From an uncultured Spirochaetia bacterium (GTDB taxonomy: Bacteria; Spirochaetota; JAHITG01; CAZBCL01), in the NCBI GenBank assembly GCA_964490645.1, contig CAZBCL010000001.1, positions 7,659 through 71,658 on the forward strand: a DNA stretch of 64,000 bases, written 5' to 3'. The notes beneath the pieces are model-generated. The model did not search any database. It was not told the DNA's origin and saw nothing but the letters and a program-made list of their open reading frames with translations. Of this stretch, positions 9,457 to 19,639 are shown one piece after another. Position 1 is the first letter of the stretch. Every line of letters starts with the position of its first letter. The position numbers and the translations under genes were made by a program.

Positions 9457-10371
9457 ATGAACGCTCAATTACATGATCACAACAGTAAAAACAAGTCAAC
9501 ATCAGATTCTGTATCACCGATTGATGTGCTTAGAAAAATGCTTTTAAAATACATCTCACGTACAATAAAAAAACTCCGGCGGAGAATGCAGAATATCAAT
9601 AATGACATGCGCGATGCTGAAAACGCTGATACCTTAAAAAGACATGGCGAATTGATAAAATCAATGCTCAGCTCTATAACTCCCGGACAGAAATCACTGA
9701 CCGTAACTGATTATTCATGTATCCCGCCAAAAACAATCACACTGCCGCTGGATGAAAAAAAAGACCCGGCAAATATCATGAATGAGTATTTTACCCGTTA
9801 TAAAAAACTTCGTCGTAAAGCTGCTGCTGCCCAAAAACGCGCTCGGGAAACACAAGCCGAACTTGAGGAATGGGAAAAACGTAAACGCCTTTGCAGTGTA
9901 ACTGAAAACATTGAAACACTGCACACATTAAAACAAAATATCTTTCCCGAATCTCTAAAAATTAAAAAAAAAGATACTCCTTTCTCCGGTATCGGGAAAC
10001 GATACCGCATTAATGATGCCCTTATCATTGTCGGTCGCAATGATTTGGAAAATGACATTATCAGTAAACGACTCGGACGCGGCAATGATTGGTGGTTCCA
10101 TGCCCATAATTACCCGGGATCACATGTTTTAGTAATCCTCTCAAAAAGTGAGCTTGCTGCTGAACAACTGCATGCTGCTGCGATGCTTGCAGGTTGGAAC
10201 TCAAAAGTAAAATCAGCCGGTCATGGTGAAATTGTTTATACGCGAAAAAAATACCTTACACGACCGCGTGGGACACCGCCAGGAACAATTACTTTCTCAA
10301 AAAGTAAAACCATTCATATAACCTTCACCGCCGACGATATTAAACAGCTTGAAAAACATCGTATACATTAA
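9457..10371 (+). CDS. NFACT-R (DUF814) domain protein related to the C-terminal module of RqcH/FbpA; lacks the NFACT-N domain
   Basis: Residues about 185-295 match the DUF814 signature (GRNDLENDIISKRLGRGNDWWFHAHNYPGSHVLVILS…GEIVYTRKKYLTRPRGTPPGTITFSKSKTIHI). The N-terminal half is a basic, coiled-coil-like segment. The protein is only 304 aa. Confidence 0.55.
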   Translation: MNAQLHDHNSKNKSTSDSVSPIDVLRKMLLKYISRTIKKLRRRMQNINNDMRDAENADTLKRHGELIKSMLSSITPGQKSLTVTDYSCIPPKTITLPLDEKKDPANIMNEYFTRYKKLRRKAAAAQKRARETQAELEEWEKRKRLCSVTENIETLHTLKQNIFPESLKIKKKDTPFSGIGKRYRINDALIIVGRNDLENDIISKRLGRGNDWWFHAHNYPGSHVLVILSKSELAAEQLHAAAMLAGWNSKVKSAGHGEIVYTRKKYLTRPRGTPPGTITFSKSKTIHITFTADDIKQLEKHRIH

Positions 10372-10414
10372 CCCTCTGAGTATATTTCCCTTCTTATGAT
10401 AAAATACATCTAGT

Positions 10415-12562
10415 TTGACTAAACGAAAACATCACCGTGCCGATAAACATAGTATCATGGAAAAACGTTTAACACGAACACTCATCAAGATTGTTTTAAT
10501 CACGCTTACCGCAATTATTATCATCGGAAATATTGCTTTTATTATCTCATCGAAACCGGTACTTAATATGTCCGTCAGCCCGAAAAAAATACTCTGGCCG
10601 TGGATTCACCGCCCTCAATCCGATATAATCATTATCACAACGAATAATCAATTATTGGCATTATATAATAATTCTGTAACGGATATAACTCCTTCATTAC
10701 AAAACACCTTAAACGCTCCTCGTAATATACCGCTGAATACTATCCGCATTATTGATATTCTGCGCACTTCAAATGCATTATTTGCAACCACCCGGCATCA
10801 TGGATTATTTTTCTCTGATGACAATGGACTGAGTTGGCGAATATGCAATACAGGTTTAGAATACAGCGATTATAAAAACAAAGAACCCCGTTATCATGAG
10901 ATAACTTCCATAAGCATTAACAATAAACATATGATTCTGACAACACGCTTTCACGTTTATTATTCGACTAATAATGCGCAATCATGGCAGCAGCTTCATA
11001 ACAACGGCATGTCCGGTAATACTCGTTTTACGGCATCTGTTCTATATCACCCGACTCCGGATGAGACGTGGGTTGTTGTCGGTACAACATTCAATGGGAC
11101 ATGGCGGTTAAAACAAAATGCCGACAAATGGAAAAAAATGCGCGCATACCAGCCAAGCAGAGTATACTCCGATGATCGTCGGCGGTTCTGGGATGAAATC
11201 ACCGGTTTATCAGTTGACCCCCAGCATCCTGAAATACTGTATTCATCAAGCGGATATCATAACACCATCTGCCGCTATAGTTATACTCAGGACCGCTGGT
11301 TTCGTATCGGCAGCTTTAATGAACTTGCCGCTGACATTCACTATCTTACCTGTTCGTCAAATAGCATATCATTTATTGCTGATAATGTACACTATACCTG
11401 CAGCTTCTCATCAAATCGTTCTGCGCTTGCATTAATAACCGCAACTCCCGGCAATACTTTTGGAATTAATAATTATATCGCATTATATAATAAAACCGAA
11501 TGCATGGCACGACGTATAATACCTCGTGAAATTGTACATTCAAAAAAATTACGTGCTGACAACGTCCGCTCACTGTATATAAACCCGTATTCAATCACAC
11601 CAAAAACAATCGCACATGTTATGAATCTCATTAAACATGGCGATTTTAATGCGGTTGTATTTGATTTTAAAGATGATGCCGGAAACCTTCTCTATGGCAG
11701 TAAACTCAAAATAACTGACGCAGTCGGCGCTAATCGCCCTTATCCGCGACTTATTAATGCAATTAAAAAAATGCATGATGCCGGCGTCTATATTATCGCA
11801 CGATGTGTTGTTTTTAAAGACAAACGGCTTTTCTCATACGATAATAATGCTTATGCGGTATGGGATACTCAGCAGCAGGCACCATGGCAATATAATGATT
11901 CTGAATTCTGGGTTGATCCATATTCTGATTTTGTAAAGTCATATAATGTCAGTATTGTAAAAGAAATCGCTGAAAGCGGCAATGTTGATGAAATACAATT
12001 TGATTATATTCGTTTTCCCTCTGACCCGGGGAAATATCGATTCTACCGACATCGCCCTGACAAGATGAAAAAAATTGAAACAATGGAAGATTTTCTCAGT
12101 CGTGCTCGTGCAGCAATTACTATTCCGATCTCAGTTGATGTATATGGATATAATGGCATTTACCGTATGGGAAATTGGATAGCACAGGATATTGATACCT
12201 TCGGAAAATATGTTGATGTAATTTGCCCGATGATTTATCCGTCCCATTACCATAATGCTTATTTTGAAGAGTTTGAAGGTTTAAAGCGCGATTATAATAT
12301 TGTATATCATTCCGTCAGGCGCGCACAGCGTATTGTACATGGAACGGTCATTCGCCCGTACCTGCAGGCATTTGCATGGCATGCTTCTCATTGGGGAACT
12401 GAATATATCATGACACAGGTCAATGCTGTTCGGGATAATGGTGTTGCAACTTTTTCAATGTGGAATGCGCGGGGAAATTATACAATATTTAATGATATAC
12501 AATTATCTCCGAAATCAGATATCGCCATAACTGAAACAACATCATCTTCAAACGCATTATAA
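10415..12562 (+). CDS. membrane-anchored protein with BNR/sialidase-type repeats and a C-terminal DUF4015-like TIM-barrel glycoside-hydrolase-like domain
   Basis: N-terminal TM helix. BNR-like motifs (SDDNGLSW, YYSTNNAQSW). C-terminal region has DUF4015/GHL-type motifs (NAVVFDFKDDAGNLLYGS, YIIARCVVFKD, IQFDYIRFPSD). Confidence 0.5.
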   Translation: MTKRKHHRADKHSIMEKRLTRTLIKIVLITLTAIIIIGNIAFIISSKPVLNMSVSPKKILWPWIHRPQSDIIIITTNNQLLALYNNSVTDITPSLQNTLNAPRNIPLNTIRIIDILRTSNALFATTRHHGLFFSDDNGLSWRICNTGLEYSDYKNKEPRYHEITSISINNKHMILTTRFHVYYSTNNAQSWQQLHNNGMSGNTRFTASVLYHPTPDETWVVVGTTFNGTWRLKQNADKWKKMRAYQPSRVYSDDRRRFWDEITGLSVDPQHPEILYSSSGYHNTICRYSYTQDRWFRIGSFNELAADIHYLTCSSNSISFIADNVHYTCSFSSNRSALALITATPGNTFGINNYIALYNKTECMARRIIPREIVHSKKLRADNVRSLYINPYSITPKTIAHVMNLIKHGDFNAVVFDFKDDAGNLLYGSKLKITDAVGANRPYPRLINAIKKMHDAGVYIIARCVVFKDKRLFSYDNNAYAVWDTQQQAPWQYNDSEFWVDPYSDFVKSYNVSIVKEIAESGNVDEIQFDYIRFPSDPGKYRFYRHRPDKMKKIETMEDFLSRARAAITIPISVDVYGYNGIYRMGNWIAQDIDTFGKYVDVICPMIYPSHYHNAYFEEFEGLKRDYNIVYHSVRRAQRIVHGTVIRPYLQAFAWHASHWGTEYIMTQVNAVRDNGVATFSMWNARGNYTIFNDIQLSPKSDIAITETTSSSNAL

Positions 12563-12568
12563 TCATAT

Positions 12569-13318
12569 TCATTCTATATGATATGAATACTCGCCACGCC
12601 GCATCGTCGGTTTGACCAAATAATATGCAATAACCGCACCAAATATAAATCCTCCGACATGCGCAGAAAAAGCAATTCCGCCGATTCTCATTCCGCCGGC
12701 AAACGATGATGATATCATACTGAAAAAATCAACAATAAACATAAATCCAAGAAAATAAATCGCCGGAATAAATACCGGAATTATAAGAAAAAAGAATAAA
12801 AGACATCGTATACGTGCTTTTGGATACAGCACTGCATAGGCACCGGCAACACCCATAATCGCCCCGGATGCGCCTAATGACGGAACCGGCGAACGAAAAC
12901 ACATCAGTACGTAAAGCAAGTTTGCCGCTATACCGGCAAACAGATAAAAAACGGTAAAACCAAACTTCCCCATTGCATCTTCGACATTATCACCGAGAAT
13001 CCAGAGTAGCCACATATTCCCGACAAGATGCATCAAACCGCCATGAAGCCAAACTGAAGTAAAAATCGTCCACCATGGTATAACACCGGGTGTCGGAGGA
13101 ATATATCCCCCGGATTTCAGTAAAACAGAAACTATTAGATCGTTCTCAACGCCGGTCAAATGACTCGGTATCATTGTCCAGAATGAATAAATCGTATTAT
13201 GATATAATCCCGGCGCTATTTGACTGAGCAAATATATAAACACATTGATTGCAATAATAGCAATGGTAACCGTTGGTTTCGTTCGTGAAGGATTTTCATC
13301 GCTGATTGGAATAAGCAT
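12569..13318 (-). CDS. rhomboid family intramembrane serine protease
   Basis: Polytopic, with the catalytic GxSG motif (GASGAIMG) and a downstream His (AHVGG). Conserved WTIFTSVWLHGG segment. Confidence 0.75.
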   Translation of the reverse strand: MLIPISDENPSRTKPTVTIAIIAINVFIYLLSQIAPGLYHNTIYSFWTMIPSHLTGVENDLIVSVLLKSGGYIPPTPGVIPWWTIFTSVWLHGGLMHLVGNMWLLWILGDNVEDAMGKFGFTVFYLFAGIAANLLYVLMCFRSPVPSLGASGAIMGVAGAYAVLYPKARIRCLLFFFLIIPVFIPAIYFLGFMFIVDFFSMISSSFAGGMRIGGIAFSAHVGGFIFGAVIAYYLVKPTMRRGEYSYHIE

Positions 13319-13506
13319 AGACCCGTTTTTCCTTAAAATAAAATATATCGACTACTCTACCATTGAAGTATATTGTGTCAAGATATAAAAAAAACACTCT
13401 TGTATCACCTCTCCATCATACTGACGGCATATATTTAACCTCGTATTTCCGTTGACCATTTAATATTTTTTGATACACTGCTGGTATTATTTTACGGGAG
13501 GGCATC

Positions 13507-14289
13507 GTGTCCGACATTATTATCCACCGCACACCATCAACATCATATTCAACCGATCAAATTCCGGTACATAATCATGGTTTCATACAATTGGTTGATT
13601 TCATGGGAAGCGACCTGCGTATTCTTCAGGCAGCACGAGTATCAACCGGGACTGCTGTGAGTAAAGGTGAAGAGAAGGATCGCCGATTAATTCATTATCT
13701 GATGAAAAACCATCATACCTCTCCCTTTGAAATGGTTGAATTTCTCTGGCATGTGCGCGCTCCAATGTTTGTTGCACGCCAATGGGTTCGTCATCGTATC
13801 TGTGAATGGAATGAAGAATCCGGTCGGTATAAAGAACTGCGAACTGATTTTTTTCTCCCTGATACATTTCGCCTGCAGGGAACACATCATAATGCACAAA
13901 AAAGTGATGCTGCCTTCGATGATACAACCAATACCCGGCTGCGCGAACAATATAATAATGTATTCATGGATAATAAAAAGTGTTATCAGTCAACACTTGA
14001 ACAAAACGGTGCGCGAGAACTTGCACGTATTGCATTACCGCTGGCAACCTATACCGAATGGTACTGGAAAGTGAACGGTCATGCATTAATGAACTTTTTA
14101 AAACTGCGATGCGACCGTGATCATGCACAACCGGAAATTGCTGATTATGCTGATATCATGCTCGACATTTTCAAACAACTCATGCCGATAACCGCTGAAG
14201 CTTTTCAAACCTATATACTTGATACCTATAGTGTTTCTAAAACTGACTGGAATGAGTTTCAGGAATTTAAAAGCAAGAATCAGGATTGA
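13507..14289 (+). CDS. thyX: FAD-dependent thymidylate synthase
   Basis: ThyX signature RHRxxxxxxxSxRY (RHRICEWNEESGRY), plus the conserved RVSTG and HHTSPFEMV segments. Confidence 0.85.
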   Translation: MSDIIIHRTPSTSYSTDQIPVHNHGFIQLVDFMGSDLRILQAARVSTGTAVSKGEEKDRRLIHYLMKNHHTSPFEMVEFLWHVRAPMFVARQWVRHRICEWNEESGRYKELRTDFFLPDTFRLQGTHHNAQKSDAAFDDTTNTRLREQYNNVFMDNKKCYQSTLEQNGARELARIALPLATYTEWYWKVNGHALMNFLKLRCDRDHAQPEIADYADIMLDIFKQLMPITAEAFQTYILDTYSVSKTDWNEFQEFKSKNQD

Positions 14290-14463
14290 TAATAACGTTA
14301 TTCGCACTGCGCGCATTATACTGAAACACATACAGAACACGTTTACCGCTGTCAAAATAGGCAGTGTATAATCTTATGAGCAGAATAACCGACACCTATC
14401 CGCATGTATCATGAGTAATCTTTTTTCTGAATATGCTATTTCCCGTATAGAGTATTTACTGTT

Positions 14464-15489
14464 TTAAAAAAGCTTTTCCTGTGATTCACTGCTGTTGATT
14501 AGTTTACCGAAAAATCGAAATGCTTTTTCGGTAGCAGTCCGTCCGCGCGGGGTACGATTAATAAATCCAAGGCGTAAAAGATACGGTTCAATTTCATCCT
14601 CAAGAGTACCGCTATCCTCACTCAAAGTCGCTGCAATCGTATCAATCCCGACAGGACCGCCGCGATGATGTTCGATAATAACATTCAAATATGCACGGTC
14701 GAGCCGCGTCAATCCGCTTTCATCAATATCAAGTTCTTTAAATCCATATACGGCACTATCATTCGTAATGCACCCATTACCGTGTACTTGTGCAAAATCA
14801 CGCAGACGACGTAAATAACGATTTACCAATCGCGGCGTACCGCGAGACCGTTTCGCAATTTCATACACGCCATTCTCATCAATTTTAACGCGAAGAATTT
14901 TTGATGACCGTATAACAATAGTTTTTAATTCTTCGGGAGGATAAAAATCAATCCGTTCAACAATACCAAAACGAGTACGCATTGGTCCGGTCAGCATCCC
15001 GACACGGGTTGTCGCACCAATTAAGGTAAACGGAGCAATACGATAATTAACTGAACGCGCGCCAACACCTGAATCTAAAACAATATCAATACGCATATCT
15101 TCCATTGCCGGATATAAAAACTCTTCAATATTCGGACGCAGACGATGAATCTCATCAATGAAAAGCACATCATGCGGCTGAAGGTTTAGAAGAATCGAAA
15201 CCAAATCACCGGGTTTTTCCAATGTCGGTGCTGCATGCTGATAAAAACCGACATTCAGTTCATGCGCAATAATAACTGCCATCGTTGTTTTTCCGAGTCC
15301 CGGCGGACCTGAAAGCAATACATGATCAAGCGTCCGCTTACCCTTCCGTGCAGCTTCAATATATGTCCACATATTTCTTTTTAATTGTTCCTGACCGACA
15401 AATTCAGCCAGTGTTGCCGGACGCAGTGAAGGGTCATCATCAAAAGCATTCGCCGGTTGTTTTGTATGTTTTATTTCGCCGTTTGACAT
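14464..15489 (-). CDS. ruvB: Holliday junction branch migration ATPase RuvB
   Basis: AAA+ Walker A LSGPPGLGKTT, sensor motifs, and a RuvB C-terminal winged-helix region. Positioned after ruvA. Confidence 0.95.
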   Translation of the reverse strand: MSNGEIKHTKQPANAFDDDPSLRPATLAEFVGQEQLKRNMWTYIEAARKGKRTLDHVLLSGPPGLGKTTMAVIIAHELNVGFYQHAAPTLEKPGDLVSILLNLQPHDVLFIDEIHRLRPNIEEFLYPAMEDMRIDIVLDSGVGARSVNYRIAPFTLIGATTRVGMLTGPMRTRFGIVERIDFYPPEELKTIVIRSSKILRVKIDENGVYEIAKRSRGTPRLVNRYLRRLRDFAQVHGNGCITNDSAVYGFKELDIDESGLTRLDRAYLNVIIEHHRGGPVGIDTIAATLSEDSGTLEDEIEPYLLRLGFINRTPRGRTATEKAFRFFGKLINSSESQEKLF

Positions 15490-15492
15490 TGT

Positions 15493-16098
15493 TTATCCGC
15501 TTATTATGTGTAATGCAGCACGGACAATATCCTGTAACTGCATTTCCGATGTAATCGTTACCGACTGCAAGGCTCGTATTGCCTCCGGGCGCGTATAGCC
15601 AAGTGCAATAAGTGCTGCAAGAGCATCCTGTCGGATAGATGGTGTCTGGAATGATGCGGCATCCTGACTATCAGCTGTTGTAATATCCTCAAACTTTTCA
15701 CGTAATTCAAATAGTATCTTTTCCGCTTTCTTTTTGCCAATACCTTTCATACGCGTGAGCAACCTCATGTCCCCCGATACAACCGCTTTTTTAAATGCTC
15801 CAACATCTGCCTGTGATACTATCGTAACAGCAAGCCGCGGTCCGACTCCCTGAACGGATATTAATACCATAAATAATTCACGTTCACTCCGTGTTTTAAA
15901 CCCGAACAATCGTGGTGTAATGGCACTTTGTGATGCAGCCATATGCAAATAAACATACAGTGTATCTTCCTGCCCCGTATCCGCAAGTTGTTCATAGGTT
16001 GTAAGCGGGATACCAAGTGTAAATCCAATGCCGCCGCATTCAATAACCACATTTGCCGGTGATTTATGCAGTATAATACCACGTAATAGTTCAATCAT
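15493..16098 (-). CDS. ruvA: Holliday junction DNA helicase subunit RuvA
   Basis: Canonical N-terminus MIELLRGIILHKSPANVVIECGGIGF. The start ATG at 16098 overlaps the ruvC stop (ATGA). The track ORF extends 19 codons further upstream. Confidence 0.9.
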   Translation of the reverse strand: MIELLRGIILHKSPANVVIECGGIGFTLGIPLTTYEQLADTGQEDTLYVYLHMAASQSAITPRLFGFKTRSERELFMVLISVQGVGPRLAVTIVSQADVGAFKKAVVSGDMRLLTRMKGIGKKKAEKILFELREKFEDITTADSQDAASFQTPSIRQDALAALIALGYTRPEAIRALQSVTITSEMQLQDIVRAALHIISG

Positions 16099-16628
16099 AA
16101 CGGCATCACCGTGTGGGCAACATGCCCTGCACTTTCCAAATAAAATTGATGGCATACCGCAACCGCAAGTGCATCGGCAATATCATCCGGTTGTGGAATC
16201 GGATGCAATCCTAATAATAATGATATAGCACGCTGAACTTGTTGTTTCCCCGCACGAATTGAGGTTGTTACGGCGCGCTTCACCTGGTTCGGATGATATT
16301 CATAAACCGCAATACCGGACTGCTCTGCCGCCAGCAGCATTGTTCCGCGTGCCTGAGCAACTTCAATTGCCGTTGTACGGTTTTTAGAAAAGAATAATCG
16401 TTCAATTGCCATAATATCAGGTTTATATTTTCGCAGTATCTTTTTAATCCCTTTATAAGTTATATGAATACGATTTAAATACCGGTTTGGTTCCTTTGTT
16501 TTTTTATCACGCGGATGTGTTATAATCGCCCCATAATCAATGCACCGTATATGCTGTCCCCGACGTTTTCGTTCAATAATCCCCCAACCGGTAATCGCAT
16601 ATCCGGGGTCAACACCTAAAATCAGCAT
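16095..16628 (-). CDS. ruvC: crossover junction endodeoxyribonuclease RuvC
   Basis: [19 protein letters not shown]-terminus with catalytic Asp, 177 aa. Confidence 0.9.
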   Translation of the reverse strand: MLILGVDPGYAITGWGIIERKRRGQHIRCIDYGAIITHPRDKKTKEPNRYLNRIHITYKGIKKILRKYKPDIMAIERLFFSKNRTTAIEVAQARGTMLLAAEQSGIAVYEYHPNQVKRAVTTSIRAGKQQVQRAISLLLGLHPIPQPDDIADALAVAVCHQFYLESAGHVAHTVMPL

Positions 16629-17371
16629 TATGCATCAGCCAGAACAGCATCGGAAATATCAGCATTGGTATATACCTGTTGAACATCATCATGATCATCA
16701 AGCATTTCCATCAGTTTGACCATCTGCTTCCCCTTTGCATCATCAAGTTCAACCATTGTTTTTGGTATCTTCGTTAATTCAGCAATTTCTGTTTTCCAGC
16801 CTTTGTTTTTTACAACCTCATACACCGCATCAAAAGAATCCGGTTCAGTGAGAATTTCAAATACATCGCCAAGATTTTTCATATCATCAGCACCGGCAGC
16901 GACGACGGTATCAAAAACATCCTCTTCCGAAAGACCGTCTGTTGGAACAGTAATCATGCCCTTTCGTTCAAAAATCCACGAAACACAACCGCTCTCACCA
17001 AGGTTGCCGTTATACTTACTGAATAAATGTCTGACATTTGCTGCCGTTCGATTTCGGTTATCTGATAATGTTTCAACCAATACAGCAACCCCGCCGGGTC
17101 CGTATCCTTCATAGACGATTTCTTCGTAATTAACTCCTTCTAATTCTCCGGTTCCTTTTTTAATCGCACGTTCAATATTTTCACTCGGCATGTTTGCATC
17201 TTTTGCTTTTTGAATAACAGCCCGTAATGACGGATTTGCTTCAGGATCCCCACCGCCGCTCCGCGCCGAGACGGTAATCTCACGAATTATTTTTGTAAAC
17301 AGCTTCCCGCGTTTTGCATCAACTGCTGCCTTTTTATGTTTAATTGATGCCCATTTGCTGTGGCCGGACAT
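16628..17371 (-). CDS. yebC: YebC/PmpR family DNA-binding transcriptional regulator
   Basis: [28 protein letters not shown] signature, 247 aa. Conserved yebC-ruvC synteny. Confidence 0.9.
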   Translation of the reverse strand: MSGHSKWASIKHKKAAVDAKRGKLFTKIIREITVSARSGGGDPEANPSLRAVIQKAKDANMPSENIERAIKKGTGELEGVNYEEIVYEGYGPGGVAVLVETLSDNRNRTAANVRHLFSKYNGNLGESGCVSWIFERKGMITVPTDGLSEEDVFDTVVAAGADDMKNLGDVFEILTEPDSFDAVYEVVKNKGWKTEIAELTKIPKTMVELDDAKGKQMVKLMEMLDDHDDVQQVYTNADISDAVLADA

Positions 17372-17526
17372 TTTTTACCTCCGGAGAATGTTATTTACTG
17401 CAGAATAGTTTACAGTTATCAGTATCATAATACACTATTTTCATTTTTCAAGTGTAAATATACTCAATATCATAATCATACTGCTGTTTATAATACCGTA
17501 TGTGTTTTCATTAATGATTTAAAAAA

Positions 17527-17556
17527 TAAAAAGCGGTGCATGACCGCTTTTTTAAA
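17527..17556. terminator. bidirectional rho-independent terminator between rpsU and yebC
   Basis: Hairpin aaaGCGGTgcatgACCGCttttt with A-run upstream and T-run downstream, so it reads as a terminator on both strands. It sits in a 200-bp gap between the convergent-like rpsU (-) end and yebC (-) start. Confidence 0.5.
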
Positions 17557-17575
17557 CATTACAATATTTTTTAAT

Positions 17576-17803
17576 TTAATACCGCGTCTTATTACGTGTG
17601 CGGCGTTCCTGCCGGCGGCGTTTCTGTATAGCTTTTTTTATTGCCATCTGCCGTTCTTCACTCGGCTTCATATAATACCGCCGCTTTTTCAGTTCTTGTG
17701 TTAACCCGGATTTATTAACCTGATTTTTTAGTTTTTTCAGCGCAATTTCTATATCACCGGTAACTTCAACTCGTGCGTGCGAAATCTTCTCTTTTATCGC
17801 CAT
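17576..17803 (-). CDS. rpsU: 30S ribosomal protein S21
   Basis: 75 aa, highly basic. Pattern …RRYYMKPSEERQMAIKKAIQKRRRQERR… matches bS21 (…REFYEKPTTERKRA…). Confidence 0.8.
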   Translation of the reverse strand: MAIKEKISHARVEVTGDIEIALKKLKNQVNKSGLTQELKKRRYYMKPSEERQMAIKKAIQKRRRQERRTRNKTRY

Positions 17804-17953
17804 GTAATCTGCTCACCACACTTTCTGTTTAAACTATCCGCCTGTAACGGAACGGACATTGTATCATAATACGATTATTACTGTCAACCCGATAGAAAAA
17901 CATTTCCTGAGTATATTCGATTATTCCGAACACGAAACCATGAGCCCCGCATC

Positions 17954-18724
17954 TTATTTCACCGGTGTTTCCGGCATACTATGTATAAAATAATCAGAAA
18001 ATGTATATTCCGTAACAACCATTCCTTGGAAAACCGGTACAGTATTTTGTGTGATTTCGATATTCATTTCCGTCGTATCATGCACCGGATACCATGACCC
18101 ATTCGTGCTTGTTGAATATATAAATGTTTCTGTAAATCCGGTCATTGTTAAATTGCCTTCCGTATATGGAACACTTTGCATAGTAAGGATAAGTGTGCTG
18201 GGCGTTCCGGTTGCCGTATCAAGCCATGTTGTACCGGAAAATAATTGATTTTTATCAGAAAGACGATACGTATATTTATTACAGACACGATCATTAATCG
18301 TATCAACAATATGAGTATTACTACTGGTGATTTTATTCTGTTCAGCGCGTCGAAACAAATTCGCATTATGTTCAAGAAATAATGCATCAATATCCATTGA
18401 AGCGGCTTTTTCTATCTGCTGCTCCGTAACATCCGCCCCATCCCGATACGCTTTATTAAGCGAAATTGAAAGATTTCCCGAAATTGCAGTAACCGTAAAA
18501 TACATTTCCGATACTTCAATAATACTGCCGTTATTATCAAAAACTGTTTCCTTTTCAATAATAGCCCCCGGACACCATGATGCATTGTTTTCAGCATTTT
18601 GTACAGCTTTCAGCCATAATGCATCCTCAGCAGTCAGCAATGCATATGGCATACAATATATAATAACGAATACCACGATACTCAGTTTAAGATAAAATAT
18701 TTTCCTCATGATTGTTGTTCTCAA
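17954..18724 (-). CDS. hypothetical secreted/membrane-anchored protein
   Basis: 256 aa with an N-terminal hydrophobic segment (IFYLKLSIVVFVIIYCMPYALLTA). No recognisable domain. Confidence 0.4.
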   Translation of the reverse strand: MRTTIMRKIFYLKLSIVVFVIIYCMPYALLTAEDALWLKAVQNAENNASWCPGAIIEKETVFDNNGSIIEVSEMYFTVTAISGNLSISLNKAYRDGADVTEQQIEKAASMDIDALFLEHNANLFRRAEQNKITSSNTHIVDTINDRVCNKYTYRLSDKNQLFSGTTWLDTATGTPSTLILTMQSVPYTEGNLTMTGFTETFIYSTSTNGSWYPVHDTTEMNIEITQNTVPVFQGMVVTEYTFSDYFIHSMPETPVK

Positions 18725-18742
18725 TTAATAAATAGTATACAG

Positions 18743-19111
18743 TTATATGCAATCAATATGTATTATAAGCTCACCGGTTATATCCGCTATCATATCCGGA
18801 CTACTGATAAGATGACCGATAACCGTTACCGCTGATGCCGGTCGAATCTCCGCTGCTGTTGAAATTGGCGTCTTTCCGAAAAAAACACACAATGCATTCC
18901 CCGGCGGCCAATAAGCAATATCACCAATGTGAACTGTTTCTGCCGGATTTTCAAGCTGAACGGACAATGGCACTGTACAATATATTTCATCTCCCCAACG
19001 AGCAGCAGATGCTTTGAGCGGAAGCACTTCTCTAAGCTGCCGTGCAGTCGCCGTGCCATTTAATGCGGCTTCAAAAACAACGTCATTTACGGTAATACTG
19101 ATTTTTTTCAT
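18743..19111 (-). CDS. cyclophilin-like fold (TM1367-like) protein
   Basis: Roughly 120 aa with the motif GDIAYWPPGNALCVFFG, reminiscent of the cyclophilin-like superfamily. The track ORF begins at a TTG (19147). ATG at 19111 (MKKISITV) is the alternative start. Confidence 0.35.
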   Translation of the reverse strand: MKKISITVNDVVFEAALNGTATARQLREVLPLKASAARWGDEIYCTVPLSVQLENPAETVHIGDIAYWPPGNALCVFFGKTPISTAAEIRPASAVTVIGHLISSPDMIADITGELIIHIDCI

Positions 19112-19240
19112 TATACCCAGTATGTCGGATAATAACAATATCGTCAATACTGATTACCAATACAGCATGGAATACAATAACGAATGCATTGTTGTCTCTA
19201 TTATAACTCTATCGTAATTATATCGCACTGCAAAAATTAA

Positions 19241-19639
19241 TTAGGAAGCAATATCCTTTGAATACTGATTGAGGTCATGAAATACTTTTTGTATTAAACT
19301 AATCAATTGGCTGGGAATAAACGGTTTCGTGATATAATATATAATCCCGCGCGTACGGGCTTTATTAAACATTTTTTCCTCCGCACGAGCAGTAATAAAA
19401 ACAATCGGAACATGAGCATCCGGATAACGTTTATGCAGGGTATCCACAAACTCAAAGCCATTCATAACCGGCATCATAATATCAGTAATAATTAAATCAC
19501 AATGGACATACGGAAATGCCCCTATTGCATCATAACCATTACCGAAAACCGTTGTTCGATATCCGGCACTATTCAAATTATACTCAAGCAATGCTTGTAA
19601 TTGTACATCATCATCAATTATCATTACTGTTTTTTGCAT
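19241..19639 (-). CDS. single-domain response regulator (CheY-like receiver)
   Basis: MIIDDD… acidic pocket, phospho-acceptor in LIITDIMMP, conserved T (FITA) and K (YITKPF). 132 aa. Confidence 0.8.
   Translation of the reverse strand: MQKTVMIIDDDVQLQALLEYNLNSAGYRTTVFGNGYDAIGAFPYVHCDLIITDIMMPVMNGFEFVDTLHKRYPDAHVPIVFITARAEEKMFNKARTRGIIYYITKPFIPSQLISLIQKVFHDLNQYSKDIAS

Noticed and set aside
13601-14074. Three ORFs overlapping thyX (13601..13927 -, 13687..13950 -, 13727..14074 +)
   Set aside because: They lie inside the strongly supported thyX frame and have no independent support.
16716-17114. 132-aa + ORF inside yebC
   Set aside because: Antisense shadow ORF of yebC.
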